From: an uncultured Limibaculum sp.
Lineage (GTDB): Bacteria; Pseudomonadota; Alphaproteobacteria; Rhodobacterales; Rhodobacteraceae
Direction: 5' to 3'
DNA: 64,000 nucleotides
NCBI GenBank assembly: GCA_964576075.1
Contig: CAZNTX010000009.1
Span: 992 to 64,991 of the forward strand
How positions within the stretch are numbered: the stretch's first letter is position 1; each line of letters starts with the position of its first letter. The translations under genes and the position numbers were made by a program. Shown here in pieces: positions 50,823-63,425 of this stretch. The notes beneath the pieces were generated by a model. It was not told the origin of the DNA. It was given only the letters and a program-made list of their open reading frames with translations, and searched no databases.

Positions 50823-51926
50823 TCAGAGGATCAGTGCATCGCCCCAGGCCTCCGGATCCTCGAGAAAGAGCGCGAGCGCGGCGTCCGCATCGGCGATGCG
50901 GTAGCCCTCCGCCTCCGGCGCGCCCGCGACCGGCTCGCCGGTGAGCTGCAAGAGCTCGAGCATCGCCTCGGGGGAGAGCGGCGCGCCGAGGGTCAGATCC
51001 GCCGCCTCCTGCAGGAGCGCGAAGGCCCCGGAGACGTAGGGGGCGGAGAAGCTCGTCCCGTCGACCAGCCCGCTCCGCCCGTCGACGAGCTCGATCTCGA
51101 TATCTGTGCCGAGGGCCGCGATGTCGGTGAGCTCCGGATCGCGCTGGGAGAAGCTCGCGAAGCTCCCCGCCTCGGTGGTGGCGGAGACGGCGATGGCGTT
51201 CGGATCGGCGGCGAGTTCGCTGACGCCCTCTGGGAAGTCCGCCCCGGAATTCCCCGCCGCCGCGACCGCCGGGACCCCGAGCGCGGCCAGCGCCGCGAGT
51301 TCGTCGGAGAGCGCCGAGGTCTCGGGCTCTGTGGCGTTGCCGAAGCCGAGGGAGAGGTTGACGGCCGCCACCGGCGCGGTCTCCGCGAGCGCGACGGCGG
51401 CGTCGAGCGCCTCCTCGATGTCGCGGAAGAAGGCCGAGCCGCCCTGATCGGGGAACACCTTGAAATGGACGATGTCGGCCTCGGGCGCCACGTCGAGCGC
51501 GGTTTGCGCGACCCAGGACCCGTGGCTCTCCAGCTTGTCCACCTCGGCGACGGGGTCGTTGAACACGCCGTAATAGTCGAACTCGTCCACCGTCCGGCTC
51601 TGGTCGTAGAGCGGCGAGTAGCCGTCGTCGATCACCACGATGATCTGCCCGGCGCCGGTGAGGTCCTCGGGAGCGAGCGCCGGGGGCGGCGGGCTCTCCG
51701 GTAGCGAGCTTGGCATGATCGGCGCGCCTGTGCGGCCCGGGAGCTCGGCCCGGCGGTCCATGGCGGCGAGCCCGTCGCTGGCGGCCTCCGCGAGACCCGT
51801 CTCCGCGGCGGCGGGCTGTGGAAGGCGGGCGGCGAAGAGGGTTTGCCGGACGGGCGGCGGCGCCTCCTCAGCACAGCCCTCTGCGAGCGGCGCGCCAGAG
51901 TCCCATTGGAGCGTCGGCCTGTCCAT
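50823..51926 (-). CDS. S8 (subtilisin-like) serine peptidase
   Basis: Catalytic motifs IVVIDDG, SHGSWVA, AAAGNSG and DGTSFSAPYVSG. The N-terminus is Pro/Ala-rich. Confidence 0.9.
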   Translation of the reverse strand: MDRPTLQWDSGAPLAEGCAEEAPPPVRQTLFAARLPQPAAAETGLAEAASDGLAAMDRRAELPGRTGAPIMPSSLPESPPPPALAPEDLTGAGQIIVVIDDGYSPLYDQSRTVDEFDYYGVFNDPVAEVDKLESHGSWVAQTALDVAPEADIVHFKVFPDQGGSAFFRDIEEALDAAVALAETAPVAAVNLSLGFGNATEPETSALSDELAALAALGVPAVAAAGNSGADFPEGVSELAADPNAIAVSATTEAGSFASFSQRDPELTDIAALGTDIEIELVDGRSGLVDGTSFSAPYVSGAFALLQEAADLTLGAPLSPEAMLELLQLTGEPVAGAPEAEGYRIADADAALALFLEDPEAWGDALIL

Positions 51927-52211
51927 CGCCTCTCCCCCTTGCGGCCGGATGCCGCCCCTTTCATCGCCAGGATGTCTAGCAGGCTCCGCGTGGCCCGGCA
52001 ACAAAAATGTGCATTATACCCATTTTATAAGATCACGAGCGCGAGAGCGAAAAAGGCCGCCCGCGCCGGAATGGCGGGGCGGCGAGGCGGCGGGACCGCG
52101 GGCGGGTCTCTGGAACGCTGGGGTGCGGCGTCGCGAGGGACGGACGCGCCCGGCATGTCCCGCGAGGCGAGGCGGCGGCCGGGGCGGGCCCGGCCGATCC
52201 GAGGGGCGGGC

Positions 52212-52340
52212 TCAGAAGAGCCCGGGCAGGACGAAAGCGGCGAAGATCACCGCGCCGGCGAGACCGAGGCCCGCGACATCTGCGAGCGCCTCGCGGGGGG
52301 CGGCGGCGAGAAAGCTGCGGGCGGTGCGAATGGCGGCCAT
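52212..52340 (-). CDS. Small single-TM membrane protein (42 aa) downstream of recG
   Basis: CAGGAG RBS. MAAIRTARSFLAAAPREALADVAGLGLAGAVIFAAFVLPGLF has an amphipathic N-terminus and a C-terminal TM helix. Confidence 0.75.
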   Translation of the reverse strand: MAAIRTARSFLAAAPREALADVAGLGLAGAVIFAAFVLPGLF

Positions 52341-52364
52341 GATGGGCTCCTGCGATAGCGGTTC

Positions 52365-52428
52365 GTTCCCGGTCTGTGCGCCTATGTTCACCATAAGTTC
52401 GAGACAATTTCAAGAACAATTTGAGCAC
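52365..52428. promoter_or_regulatory. Tandem alphaproteobacterial LexA (SOS) boxes
   Basis: Exact GTTC-N7-GTTC at 52386-52400. One-mismatch copies GTTC-N7-GTGC at 52365-52379 and GAAC-N7-GCAC at 52414-52428. All lie in an AT-rich intergenic gap. Confidence 0.8.
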
Positions 52429-52442
52429 AAACTGGAACGCCG

Positions 52443-54524
52443 CTATCCCCCCTTCAGGAGCCGCACCGACTGGTCGCGCCCCATCAGATAGAGCAGGAGC
52501 GTCAGCGCCTTGCCGCGAGGGGTGGCGAGATCGGGGTCCGTATGGAGCGCGAGGCGGGCCTCGTCGCGGGCCCGCGCCATCAGCGCCGAATCGCGCTCCA
52601 GATCGGCGATGCGAAAGCGCGGCAGGCCCGATTGCGCGAGGCCGAGCACGTCCCCCGCCCCGCGCAGGCGCAAGTCCTCCTCGGCGATCCGGAAGCCGTC
52701 CTCGCTCTCGCGCAGGATCCTGAGCCGCGCCTCCGCCGTCTCGCCGAGCCCTGGGGCGGCGAGCAGGAGGCAGAAGGAGCGCCCGCCCCCACGCCCCACG
52801 CGCCCGCGCAACTGGTGGAGCTGGGCGAGGCCGAACTGGTCGGCCTGCTCCACCACCATGATCGTCGCCGCCGGCACGTCGACGCCGACCTCGATCACCG
52901 TGGTCGCCACCAGCACCTTGGCCCGGCCCTCCTGGAAGGCGGACATGGCGGCGTCCTTCTCCTCGGGGGGCATCTGGCCGTGGACGAGGGCGACCCGGTC
53001 GGCCCCGAGGGCGCGGGCGAGCGCGCGGTGGCGCTCCTCCGCCGAGACCAGCGGGCGTTCCTCGCTCTCCTCGACGGCGGGGCAGACCCAGAACGCCTGC
53101 GCCCCCTCGGCGATCGCCGCGCGCAGCCGTTCGACCACCTCCCCGTAGCGCTCCTGGGAGACGATGCGGGTCTCGACCGGCGTGCGCCCCGGGGGCTTCT
53201 CGTCGAGCACCGAGATGTCGAGATCGCCGTAGCCCGCGAGCGCCAGGGTCCGCGGGATCGGCGTCGCCGTCATGAAGAGCACGTCGCACCCCGCGGGCGC
53301 CTTGTCGGTCAGCTCGAGGCGCTGGCGGACGCCGAAGCGGTGCTGCTCGTCGATCACGGCGAGGCGGAGATCGGCGAAGGCGACCTCGGACTGGAAGAGC
53401 GCATGGGTGCCGATGGCGATGCCGGCCCGGCCCTCGGCGAGGGCCGCGCGTTTCTCCCGGCGCTCGGCCGCGCGGTCGCGGCCGGTCAGGAGCACGAGGG
53501 AGACGCCCGCCGCCTCCGCCGCGGCGGCGAGGCCCGCGGCATGCTGGCGGGCGAGAATCTCGGTCGGCGCCATCAGAGCCCCCTGCCCGCCCGCCTCCAC
53601 CGCGCGCATCAGCGCCATCGCCGCGACCCAGGTCTTGCCCGCGCCGACATCGCCCTGGAGGAGGCGCATCATCCGCTCCGGCGCGGCCATGTCGGCGAAG
53701 ATCTCGTCGCGGGCGCGGGCCTGGGCGGCGGTGGGGGCATAGCCGAAGGCGCGCGCGGCGGCGGCGACGCGGCGGCCGTCGCCCGTCGTCGGCCTGCCCT
53801 TGCCCCGGCGCATCCGGGCCCGGGCGAGCTGCAGCGCGAGCTGGTGGGAGAGAAGCTCGTCATAGGAGAGGCGCGCGCGGGCCGGGGCGTCGGCCCGGGC
53901 GGCGCCCGGTTCGTGGAGGAGCCGGATCGCCTCGGCGAGCGCGGGCCAGCCCCGCTCCTCCACGAGAGCGGGGTCGAGCCATTCCGGCAGCGCGGGCAGG
54001 AGCCCCCGCGCCGCCTCCACGGCCTTGGCCACCACCCGGCTCGTGAGCCCGTGCGTGAGCGGATAGACCGGCTCGAACGGGGGGAGGTCGGCGGCCTCCT
54101 CCGGGCTCAGCACATGGTCGGGATGGGGCATCTGCCAGCGCCCGTCGAAAAGCTCGAGCTTGCCGGAGACCACGCGCGTCTCGCCCGGCGGGTAGAGCCG
54201 GCGCATCCATTCGCCATTGGCCTTGAAATGGACGATCTCGAGCCCGCCCCCAGGACAGGACGCCGCGACCCGATAGGGCCTGTGCCGCGCCGACGGCGGC
54301 CGGTGCTCGCCGATGGTGACGGCGAGCGTGATCACCTGCTTCGGCTCGGCGCCCGCGAGCCCCTCCGCGAGGCGGCGGTCGACGAAGCGCTCGGGCGCGA
54401 GGAACAGGAGGTCGCGCACCTGCTCGACCCCGAGCCGCTCGAAGGCGCGCGCGGTCTTGGGCCCGACGCCCGGGAGCGTCTCGAGCCGGGCGAAGAGCGG
54501 ATAGAGGATCTCGGGGCGGCCCAT
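52443..54524 (-). CDS. recG: ATP-dependent DNA helicase RecG
   Basis: RLLQGDVGAGKT, MAPTEILARQH, IDEQHRFGVRQR, MTATPIPRTL, ATTVIEVGVDVP and LHQLRGRVGRG. Confidence 0.97.
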   Translation of the reverse strand: MGRPEILYPLFARLETLPGVGPKTARAFERLGVEQVRDLLFLAPERFVDRRLAEGLAGAEPKQVITLAVTIGEHRPPSARHRPYRVAASCPGGGLEIVHFKANGEWMRRLYPPGETRVVSGKLELFDGRWQMPHPDHVLSPEEAADLPPFEPVYPLTHGLTSRVVAKAVEAARGLLPALPEWLDPALVEERGWPALAEAIRLLHEPGAARADAPARARLSYDELLSHQLALQLARARMRRGKGRPTTGDGRRVAAAARAFGYAPTAAQARARDEIFADMAAPERMMRLLQGDVGAGKTWVAAMALMRAVEAGGQGALMAPTEILARQHAAGLAAAAEAAGVSLVLLTGRDRAAERREKRAALAEGRAGIAIGTHALFQSEVAFADLRLAVIDEQHRFGVRQRLELTDKAPAGCDVLFMTATPIPRTLALAGYGDLDISVLDEKPPGRTPVETRIVSQERYGEVVERLRAAIAEGAQAFWVCPAVEESEERPLVSAEERHRALARALGADRVALVHGQMPPEEKDAAMSAFQEGRAKVLVATTVIEVGVDVPAATIMVVEQADQFGLAQLHQLRGRVGRGGGRSFCLLLAAPGLGETAEARLRILRESEDGFRIAEEDLRLRGAGDVLGLAQSGLPRFRIADLERDSALMARARDEARLALHTDPDLATPRGKALTLLLYLMGRDQSVRLLKGG

Positions 54525-54554
54525 GCCCCCTAGTGGCCGCGCGCGCGGGCGGCG

Positions 54555-57349
<2,795 letters not shown>

Positions 57350-58489
57350 TCAGGCGACCTCGGCGTCGTCCCCCGCGGCCTCGGCGCGGGACTTGCCGGA
57401 GACGTCGAGGGCGAGCGCCGCGGCCATGAACCGGTCGAGATCGCCGTAGAGCACGCCCTGGGTGTCGGAGGTCTCGACCCCCGTGCGCAGGTCCTTCACC
57501 ATCTGATAGGGCTGGAGCACATAGGAGCGGATCTGGTTGCCCCAGCCGATCTCGCCCTTGGCGTCGTGGCTCTCCTGGATCGCCTGGGTGCGCTTCTTCA
57601 TCTCCATCTCGTAGAGCTTCGAGCGGAGCGATTGCATCGCGATCGCCCGGTTCTGGTGCTGCGACTTCTCCGAGGAGGTCACGACGATCCCGGTCGGCAG
57701 ATGGGTGATGCGCACCGCCGAGTCGGTGGTGTTCACATGCTGCCCGCCGGCGCCGGAGGAGCGGTAGGTGTCGATGCGGATCTCGTTCGGCGGGATCTCG
57801 ATCTCGATGGTGTCGTCGATCACCGGATAGACCCAGGCCGAGGCGAAGGAGGTCTGCCGCCGGGCCTGGCTGTCGAAGGGCGAGATCCGCACGAGCCGGT
57901 GCACGCCCGACTCCGTCTTGAGCCAGCCATAGGCGTTGTCGCCCTTGATCTGGTAGGTGACGGAGCGCAGACCCGCCTCCTCGCCGGGGCTCTCGTCCTG
58001 CAGCTCGACCTTGTAGCCATGCGCCTCGGCCCAGCGGGTATACATCCGCGCGAGCATCGCCGCCCAGTCGCAGGCCTCGACCCCGCCGGCGCCCGCGTTG
58101 ATCTCGAGGAAGGCGTCGTTGCCGTCGACCTCGCCGGAGAGGAGCGCCTCGATCTCCTTGGCGGCCGCGCGGTCCTTGAGATCGAGAAGCGCCGCCTCGG
58201 CCTCCTCGACGACCTCGCGGTCGTCCTCCGCCTCGCCCATCTCGACGAGTTCGGCATATTCCTTGAGCGCGTCGGCGAGCGCCGTGTAGCCGTCGATCTG
58301 GTCGGCGAGCTTCTGGCGCTCCTTCATCACCGCCTGCGCCTTGGCGGGGTCGGACCACAGATCGGGGTCCTCGGCGCGCGCGTTCATCTCCTCGAGCCGG
58401 TGCTCCGCGGTCTCCCACCCGATGCGCTGGCGCAGGAGCCCGAGCGACTTCTCGATCTCGGCGACGACGGCGGCGGTCTCGGCTTTCAT
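57350..58489 (-). CDS. prfB: Peptide chain release factor 2, single frame with no programmed frameshift
   Basis: [39 protein letters not shown] and [13 protein letters not shown]. The frame is open from MKAETAAVV. Confidence 0.97.
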   Translation of the reverse strand: MKAETAAVVAEIEKSLGLLRQRIGWETAEHRLEEMNARAEDPDLWSDPAKAQAVMKERQKLADQIDGYTALADALKEYAELVEMGEAEDDREVVEEAEAALLDLKDRAAAKEIEALLSGEVDGNDAFLEINAGAGGVEACDWAAMLARMYTRWAEAHGYKVELQDESPGEEAGLRSVTYQIKGDNAYGWLKTESGVHRLVRISPFDSQARRQTSFASAWVYPVIDDTIEIEIPPNEIRIDTYRSSGAGGQHVNTTDSAVRITHLPTGIVVTSSEKSQHQNRAIAMQSLRSKLYEMEMKKRTQAIQESHDAKGEIGWGNQIRSYVLQPYQMVKDLRTGVETSDTQGVLYGDLDRFMAAALALDVSGKSRAEAAGDDAEVA

Positions 58490-58663
58490 GGGGCTCCCTC
58501 GAACAAGCAGGCAAACCGAACTGTTAGCGCCCCTCGGGCAGGAGAACAAGGCGCGCGCCAGATGACGCTGCGCAAGCTCCGATTGAGGCAACATTGTGGC
58601 AGTGATATAGCCGGTCGACCGCGCGATCCCAACGCGTTGCCGCACCGATGGGAGGCCGAGCCG

Positions 58664-59472
58664 ATGGGGAAAGTCGACACCCCGTTCCAGGCGATTTGGG
58701 AGCGCGAGGAAGCGCTCTATTCCAAGGAAGCGACCGCGGCGCTGCGCAAACACCTCACGAGCAGCGCCGTCGAGAACACGCTGAAGGCCAAGTTCGGGCC
58801 GAAGCCACGCACCAACACCAAGTCCCCGATGTGGCCCGGCGATGTCAAGAAACTGGAGACCTTCTGCTGCGGGACAACACCATCTTCTGGATGGTCGAAG
58901 GCGATCTCTATCCGGGGCTCGAACTCGACGTGCCGCTCATCGAGGTGCTGGTCAAGACCGACTGCACCACGGCGAAATGCGGGAACGGCGGCAACACGCT
59001 CCCCGTCGGCTTCAAATTCAAGGACTATGAGATCGGGGCGCAGAAAGCGCTCGAGAAGGGGCTGAGCTTCGAACTGACGGGCAAGTCCGACAAGGGCAAG
59101 CGCCTGTTCGACCTCGGCCTGTCGGGCGCCGGCAAGACCTGGAACGGCACCGTCGCCGTGGTGGACGGCAACAAGCTCAAGGCGACGCTCGCCTCGAAAT
59201 CCGTCTCCTTCGCGACCAAGGGCTATCAGATCACCGGCAAGATCGGCTGGGAGATCGAGGTGACGGTGATCTACAAGCCGAAGGGGCCGCGGCTGCCGGC
59301 GATCGACGCCGAAGAGGTCGCCAGGGCCTGGGCGCTGACGACCGTGATGGTCCTCATCGTGATCGGAGCCGTGATCGCGTCCCCGGTCCTCACCTCCGCC
59401 CCCAAGATCAACGCGCCGGACTCGAAGGGCAAGATGCTCAAGAAGAAGGATTACGAGACCAAGTTCGCCTGA
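58664..59472 (+). pseudogene. Lys-rich hypothetical protein split by a -1 frameshift near 58864; C-terminal hydrophobic helix
   Basis: [18 protein letters not shown] (frame 2) joins [20 protein letters not shown]-stop (frame 1) if TTC-TG is read as TTC-CTG. This restores a 269-aa ORF with a GGGAGG RBS. Confidence 0.75.
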
Positions 59473-59476
59473 GCCC

Positions 59477-62065
59477 TCAGTAGAGCCCGCCGGTGCCGAG
59501 GCCGAGATCGGCCGGCCGCTCCGGAGGCGCGGGGCGGGCGGGGGCGCCGGCCCCCCCTCCTCCGCCGCCGCGGGCGGCGCGCGACGAGGGCAGCGTCTCG
59601 TAGGGCAGCGCCGCGTCGGTCCCGACCTCGTAGGGCAGAGTGTCGGCCGCCCCGGCGAACAGCGCCTCGTCGTCGACGAGCGCCTCCACGGTCTCGTAGA
59701 GCTCCGGCTCGGTGCCCATGCGGAAGGTCTGCGCGACGACGTTGGCGCCCTCCGCGTCGTCGGGCAGGCGCGCCCCGGTCTCGGCGTCGATCTTGACGGT
59801 GACGGTCTCGCCATAGCCGGGCGAGGGGAAGCGCCCGGGCGCGCGGGTCTCCATGGCGCGGGCCATGAACTCCTTGAACACCGGGCCGCAGAGCGTGCCG
59901 CCATAGGCGCCGCGGCCCATCGGGCGGGGCTGGTCGTAGCCCATGAAGCAGCCGGCGACGAGATTGGGGGTGAAGCCGATGAACCAGGCGTCCTTGCTCT
60001 CGTTCGTCGTGCCGGTCTTGCCGGCGACGGGGAAGGGCAGCCCGCCCACCGTGCGCGCCGCGGTTCCGCGCTCGACGACGCCCTGCATCATGCGCACCAG
60101 CTCGCGCGCGGTGTAGGGGTTCATGATCTGGTCGCGCGTGTCGAAGAGGAGCGGCTCGGCGGCGGCGCGGTAGACGCGGGCCTCGCAGCCCTGGCAGTGG
60201 CGCGGGTCGTGGCGGAAGAGGGTGTTGCCGTTGCGGTCCTGGATCCGGTCGACCACCGTCGGGCGCACGCGCCGGCCGCCATTGGCGAACATGCCATAGG
60301 CCGCGACCATGTCGTAGAGCGTCGTCTCGCCGGCGCCGAGGGCATAGGAGAGATGGCCCGGCATGTTCTCGTAGACGCCGAAGCGCTCGGCATAGTCCGC
60401 CACCCGGTCCATGCCCACCGATTGCGCGATGCGCACGGTCATGAGGTTGCGCGAATAGACGATGCCGTTGGCGAGCGGGGTCGGCCCGTAGAAGCCGCCC
60501 GAGGAGTTCTTCGGCCGCCAGGTCTGCCCGCCGATGCGCACGACGACCGGCGCGTCGAGCACGATGGTGGAGGGGGCGTAGCCCGCATCGAGGGCGGCGG
60601 CGTAGACGAAGGGCTTGAAGGAGGAACCCGGCTGGCGCTTGGCCTGGGTCGCGCGGTTGAAGCGGCTGTGCTCGTAGGAGAAGCCGCCCTGGACGGCGAG
60701 GACGCGGCCGGTATGCGGGTCCATCGCCATGAAGGCGCCCTGCAGCTCGGGGATCTGGCGGAGCGACCAGCCGTCGCCCGCGCGGGAGACGAAGATCACG
60801 TCGCCCCGGCGGAAGAGGTCCTCGGGCGCGCGGGGGCGGCGCTCGGCCCGGCCCTCGGCCTCGATGCGGGAGACCCAGCCGGCATCCGAGAGCCGCAGGC
60901 GCCCCTCGCCCGCGCTCTCGCCGGTCTCGATGCCGATGCGCGCGCCCTGCCCGCCCACCTCGAGGACGACGGCGGGGAACCAGCCGGGGATGTCGCGCGG
61001 CAGGCGCAGATCGGCGAGCGCCTCGGCCCAGCCCTCGGTCCGCCCCTCGGCGACCGGCTCGAGCACCCGGTAGGGCCCGCGATAGACGCCGCGCGCGCGG
61101 TCGAATTCCTCGAGCCGGGCGCGCAGCGCCTCCCCCGCGATCGCCTGCAGCTCCGGGTCGACCGTCGCGCGGACCGTCAGCCCGCCCTCGTAGAGCGCGG
61201 CCCGGCTCATCTCGCGGATCACCTGGCGGCGCACCTCGTGGGTGAAGTAGCTCGGAGCCTCCGGGGCGAGGGGGTCGGGGACGGTCTCGTCGAGGATGGT
61301 GTCGAGGGGCGCGGCCTTCGCGGCCTCGGCCGCCTCGCGGGTGAGATGGCCGTTCTGCGCCATCTCCTCGAGCACGTAGTTCCGCCGCTCCACCGCGCGC
61401 GCGCGGTCGCGGATCGGGTGCAGGTCGGAGGGCGCCTTGGGCAGGGCCGCGAGATAGGCGGCCTCGGCCGGCGTCAGCGCCTCGAGCGGCTTGCCGAAAT
61501 AGTTGCGCGCGGCGGCGGCCACCCCGTAGGCCCGCGCGCCGAGGAAGATCTCGTTCAGATAGAGTTCGAGGATGTGGTCCTTCGAGAGCGCCCCGTCGAG
61601 GCGCACGGCGAGGATCATCTCCTTGATCTTGCGCTCGATCTCGCGGTCGCGGTCGAGCAGGAAGTTCTTCATCACCTGCTGCGTGATGGTGGAGGCGCCG
61701 GCGAGACGCACGGGGCGGTTCTGCGCCCGGGCGATGGCATAGCGCCCGAGCGCCTTGACGATGCCGAAGGCGTCGACGCCCGGATGGTCGTAGTAGTTCT
61801 TGTCCTCGGCCGAGATGAAGGCGTTCTTCACGAGCGGGGGGATCTCGTCGATCGGGGCGAAGACGCGCCGCTCGCGGGCGTATTCCGCGATCACCCGGCC
61901 CTCGCCGTTGTAGACGCGGGAGAGCATCGCCGGCTGGTAGTCGACGAGTTCGTCGTGGTCCGGCAGATCTGCGCCATACATCCGCACCACCGCCGCCGCG
62001 GCGACGAGGGCGAACACCGCGGCGATGGCGCCGTTGGAGAAGAGGTTCGCGAGAAGGCGGGTCAT
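59477..62065 (-). CDS. mrcA: Penicillin-binding protein 1A (bifunctional GT51/transpeptidase)
   Basis: FISAEDKNYYDHPG, GASTITQQVMKN, ILELYLNEIFLG, RQPGSSFKPFVY (SxxK), YSRN and AGKTGTTN. Confidence 0.93.
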   Translation of the reverse strand: MTRLLANLFSNGAIAAVFALVAAAAVVRMYGADLPDHDELVDYQPAMLSRVYNGEGRVIAEYARERRVFAPIDEIPPLVKNAFISAEDKNYYDHPGVDAFGIVKALGRYAIARAQNRPVRLAGASTITQQVMKNFLLDRDREIERKIKEMILAVRLDGALSKDHILELYLNEIFLGARAYGVAAAARNYFGKPLEALTPAEAAYLAALPKAPSDLHPIRDRARAVERRNYVLEEMAQNGHLTREAAEAAKAAPLDTILDETVPDPLAPEAPSYFTHEVRRQVIREMSRAALYEGGLTVRATVDPELQAIAGEALRARLEEFDRARGVYRGPYRVLEPVAEGRTEGWAEALADLRLPRDIPGWFPAVVLEVGGQGARIGIETGESAGEGRLRLSDAGWVSRIEAEGRAERRPRAPEDLFRRGDVIFVSRAGDGWSLRQIPELQGAFMAMDPHTGRVLAVQGGFSYEHSRFNRATQAKRQPGSSFKPFVYAAALDAGYAPSTIVLDAPVVVRIGGQTWRPKNSSGGFYGPTPLANGIVYSRNLMTVRIAQSVGMDRVADYAERFGVYENMPGHLSYALGAGETTLYDMVAAYGMFANGGRRVRPTVVDRIQDRNGNTLFRHDPRHCQGCEARVYRAAAEPLLFDTRDQIMNPYTARELVRMMQGVVERGTAARTVGGLPFPVAGKTGTTNESKDAWFIGFTPNLVAGCFMGYDQPRPMGRGAYGGTLCGPVFKEFMARAMETRAPGRFPSPGYGETVTVKIDAETGARLPDDAEGANVVAQTFRMGTEPELYETVEALVDDEALFAGAADTLPYEVGTDAALPYETLPSSRAARGGGGGGAGAPARPAPPERPADLGLGTGGLY

Positions 62066-62120
62066 GGCTCCCTCCGCTCGGGCTAGAGGCCCCTTGCATA
62101 GCGCAGCGGCGCGCGCGGGA

Positions 62121-63335
62121 CTACCCGCGAGGCGCGAGGAATCCGGGCGAGGCGACCGCGACCCAGCGCGCGATGCCGGTGGCGATCCCCTCCGCCATCG
62201 CCCGCCGCCAGGCCGGATCCTGAAGGCGCTCGCGGTCGAGCGCGCTCGTCAGGAAGCCGAGCTCGACGAGAACCGAGGGCAGATCCGGCGCCTTCAGCAC
62301 GAAGAAATTGCCGCGCCGGTGGGGGCGGGTGTCGAGGAGCTTCACCCGGCCGTCGAGCGCCTCGACGATCAGATCGGCGAGCTTGATCGATTCGGCCTTG
62401 GAGCCGCGCCGGGCGAGATCGACGAGAAGCCGCGCGACATCGTCCCCCTCCCCCGCGAGATCGACCCCGGCGAGCACGTCCGCACGGTTCTCCCGCTCGG
62501 CGAAGGCCTCGGCCGCGCTGTCGGTGCCGCGCCGGTCGAGGGTGTAGAGGCTCGCCCCGTCCGCCTCCCCGCTCGCGAGGCTATCGGTGTGGAGCGAGAC
62601 GAAGACATGCGCGCCCGCCTCCCGGGCGATCTTTATGCGCTCCCTGAGCGGCAGGAAGCGGTCGTCGACCCGCGTCATCACCGGATAGAGCCCCGGAAAG
62701 GCGGCGATGCGCGCGGCGAGCACATGGCCGAAGGCGAGGACGATGTCCTTCTCGAGGAGCCCGCCGAGGGACGCGCCCGGATCGATCCCGCCATGGCCGG
62801 GGTCGATGGCGACGACGACCTGCCCCTCGGGCGCCCGTTCGATCCGCCGCGCGCGGCTCCAGCGCGCCCCCTCCGGCCAGCCGGCGGTCTCGGCGAAGGC
62901 CGCCGCGCCCGTCGGCGCGAGCGCGATCTCCAGCGCGAAGCCGCCGCGCACCGGCACGAGCCCCGCGCGGCGCACCGCCATCGGGCGGTCGAGCTCGATC
63001 ACGATGCGCCCGGTGTCGTGACGGAAGAGCCCGTGGCGGAGCGCCCGGATGCCCGGCAGGCGCGCCGTCTCCCGCGCCTCGGCACGCCAGTCGAAGGGCG
63101 GCAGGTCGATCACCACGCGCCAGGGCTCGACCAGGGTGAAGAGGCTGAACGCCGGATCCCCGTCGACGCGGAAGGCGAGGCGCAACCCCTCCCCCTCCCG
63201 CTCATGCGCGACGCCGAGGATCTCGAGCCCCCCCTCCGCCCCGCGCGCAGGCGGCGCGAGCGCGAGCAGGAGCAGTGCGAGCCCCGCGACCCACACCCCG
63301 CTCGCCGCCGTCAGAGCCCTCCGCGCCAAGCCCAT
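62121..63335 (-). CDS. amiC: N-acetylmuramoyl-L-alanine amidase (AMIN plus Amidase_3)
   Basis: AIDPGHGGIDPGA, LLEKDIVL, MTRVDDRFLPLRER, SLHTDS and VLKAPDLPSVLVELGFLT. Confidence 0.9.
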   Translation of the reverse strand: MGLARRALTAASGVWVAGLALLLLALAPPARGAEGGLEILGVAHEREGEGLRLAFRVDGDPAFSLFTLVEPWRVVIDLPPFDWRAEARETARLPGIRALRHGLFRHDTGRIVIELDRPMAVRRAGLVPVRGGFALEIALAPTGAAAFAETAGWPEGARWSRARRIERAPEGQVVVAIDPGHGGIDPGASLGGLLEKDIVLAFGHVLAARIAAFPGLYPVMTRVDDRFLPLRERIKIAREAGAHVFVSLHTDSLASGEADGASLYTLDRRGTDSAAEAFAERENRADVLAGVDLAGEGDDVARLLVDLARRGSKAESIKLADLIVEALDGRVKLLDTRPHRRGNFFVLKAPDLPSVLVELGFLTSALDRERLQDPAWRRAMAEGIATGIARWVAVASPGFLAPRG

Positions 63336-63410
63336 GCGCCGCCTCCCGTTTCCGCCCGAGTTCCGATGCGCGACGCTAGCATGCGGGAGATCGGGAATAA
63401 ATCGAGTTGT

Positions 63411-63425
63411 GTTCCAGGGCGGTTC
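63411..63425. promoter_or_regulatory. Possible LexA box in the amiC/rne divergent region
   Basis: Exact GTTC-CAGGGCG-GTTC, but a single copy with a GC-rich spacer. Confidence 0.35.

Noticed and set aside
52011-52030. TTAT-N7-TTAT / TATAAT upstream of the S8 peptidase as a CtrA box
   Set aside because: Both half-sites deviate from TTAA; it is more simply a -10 element.
58855-58875. Programmed -1 ribosomal frameshift in the Lys-rich gene
   Set aside because: No X XXY YYZ slippery heptamer or evident stimulatory structure; an indel is the simpler explanation.
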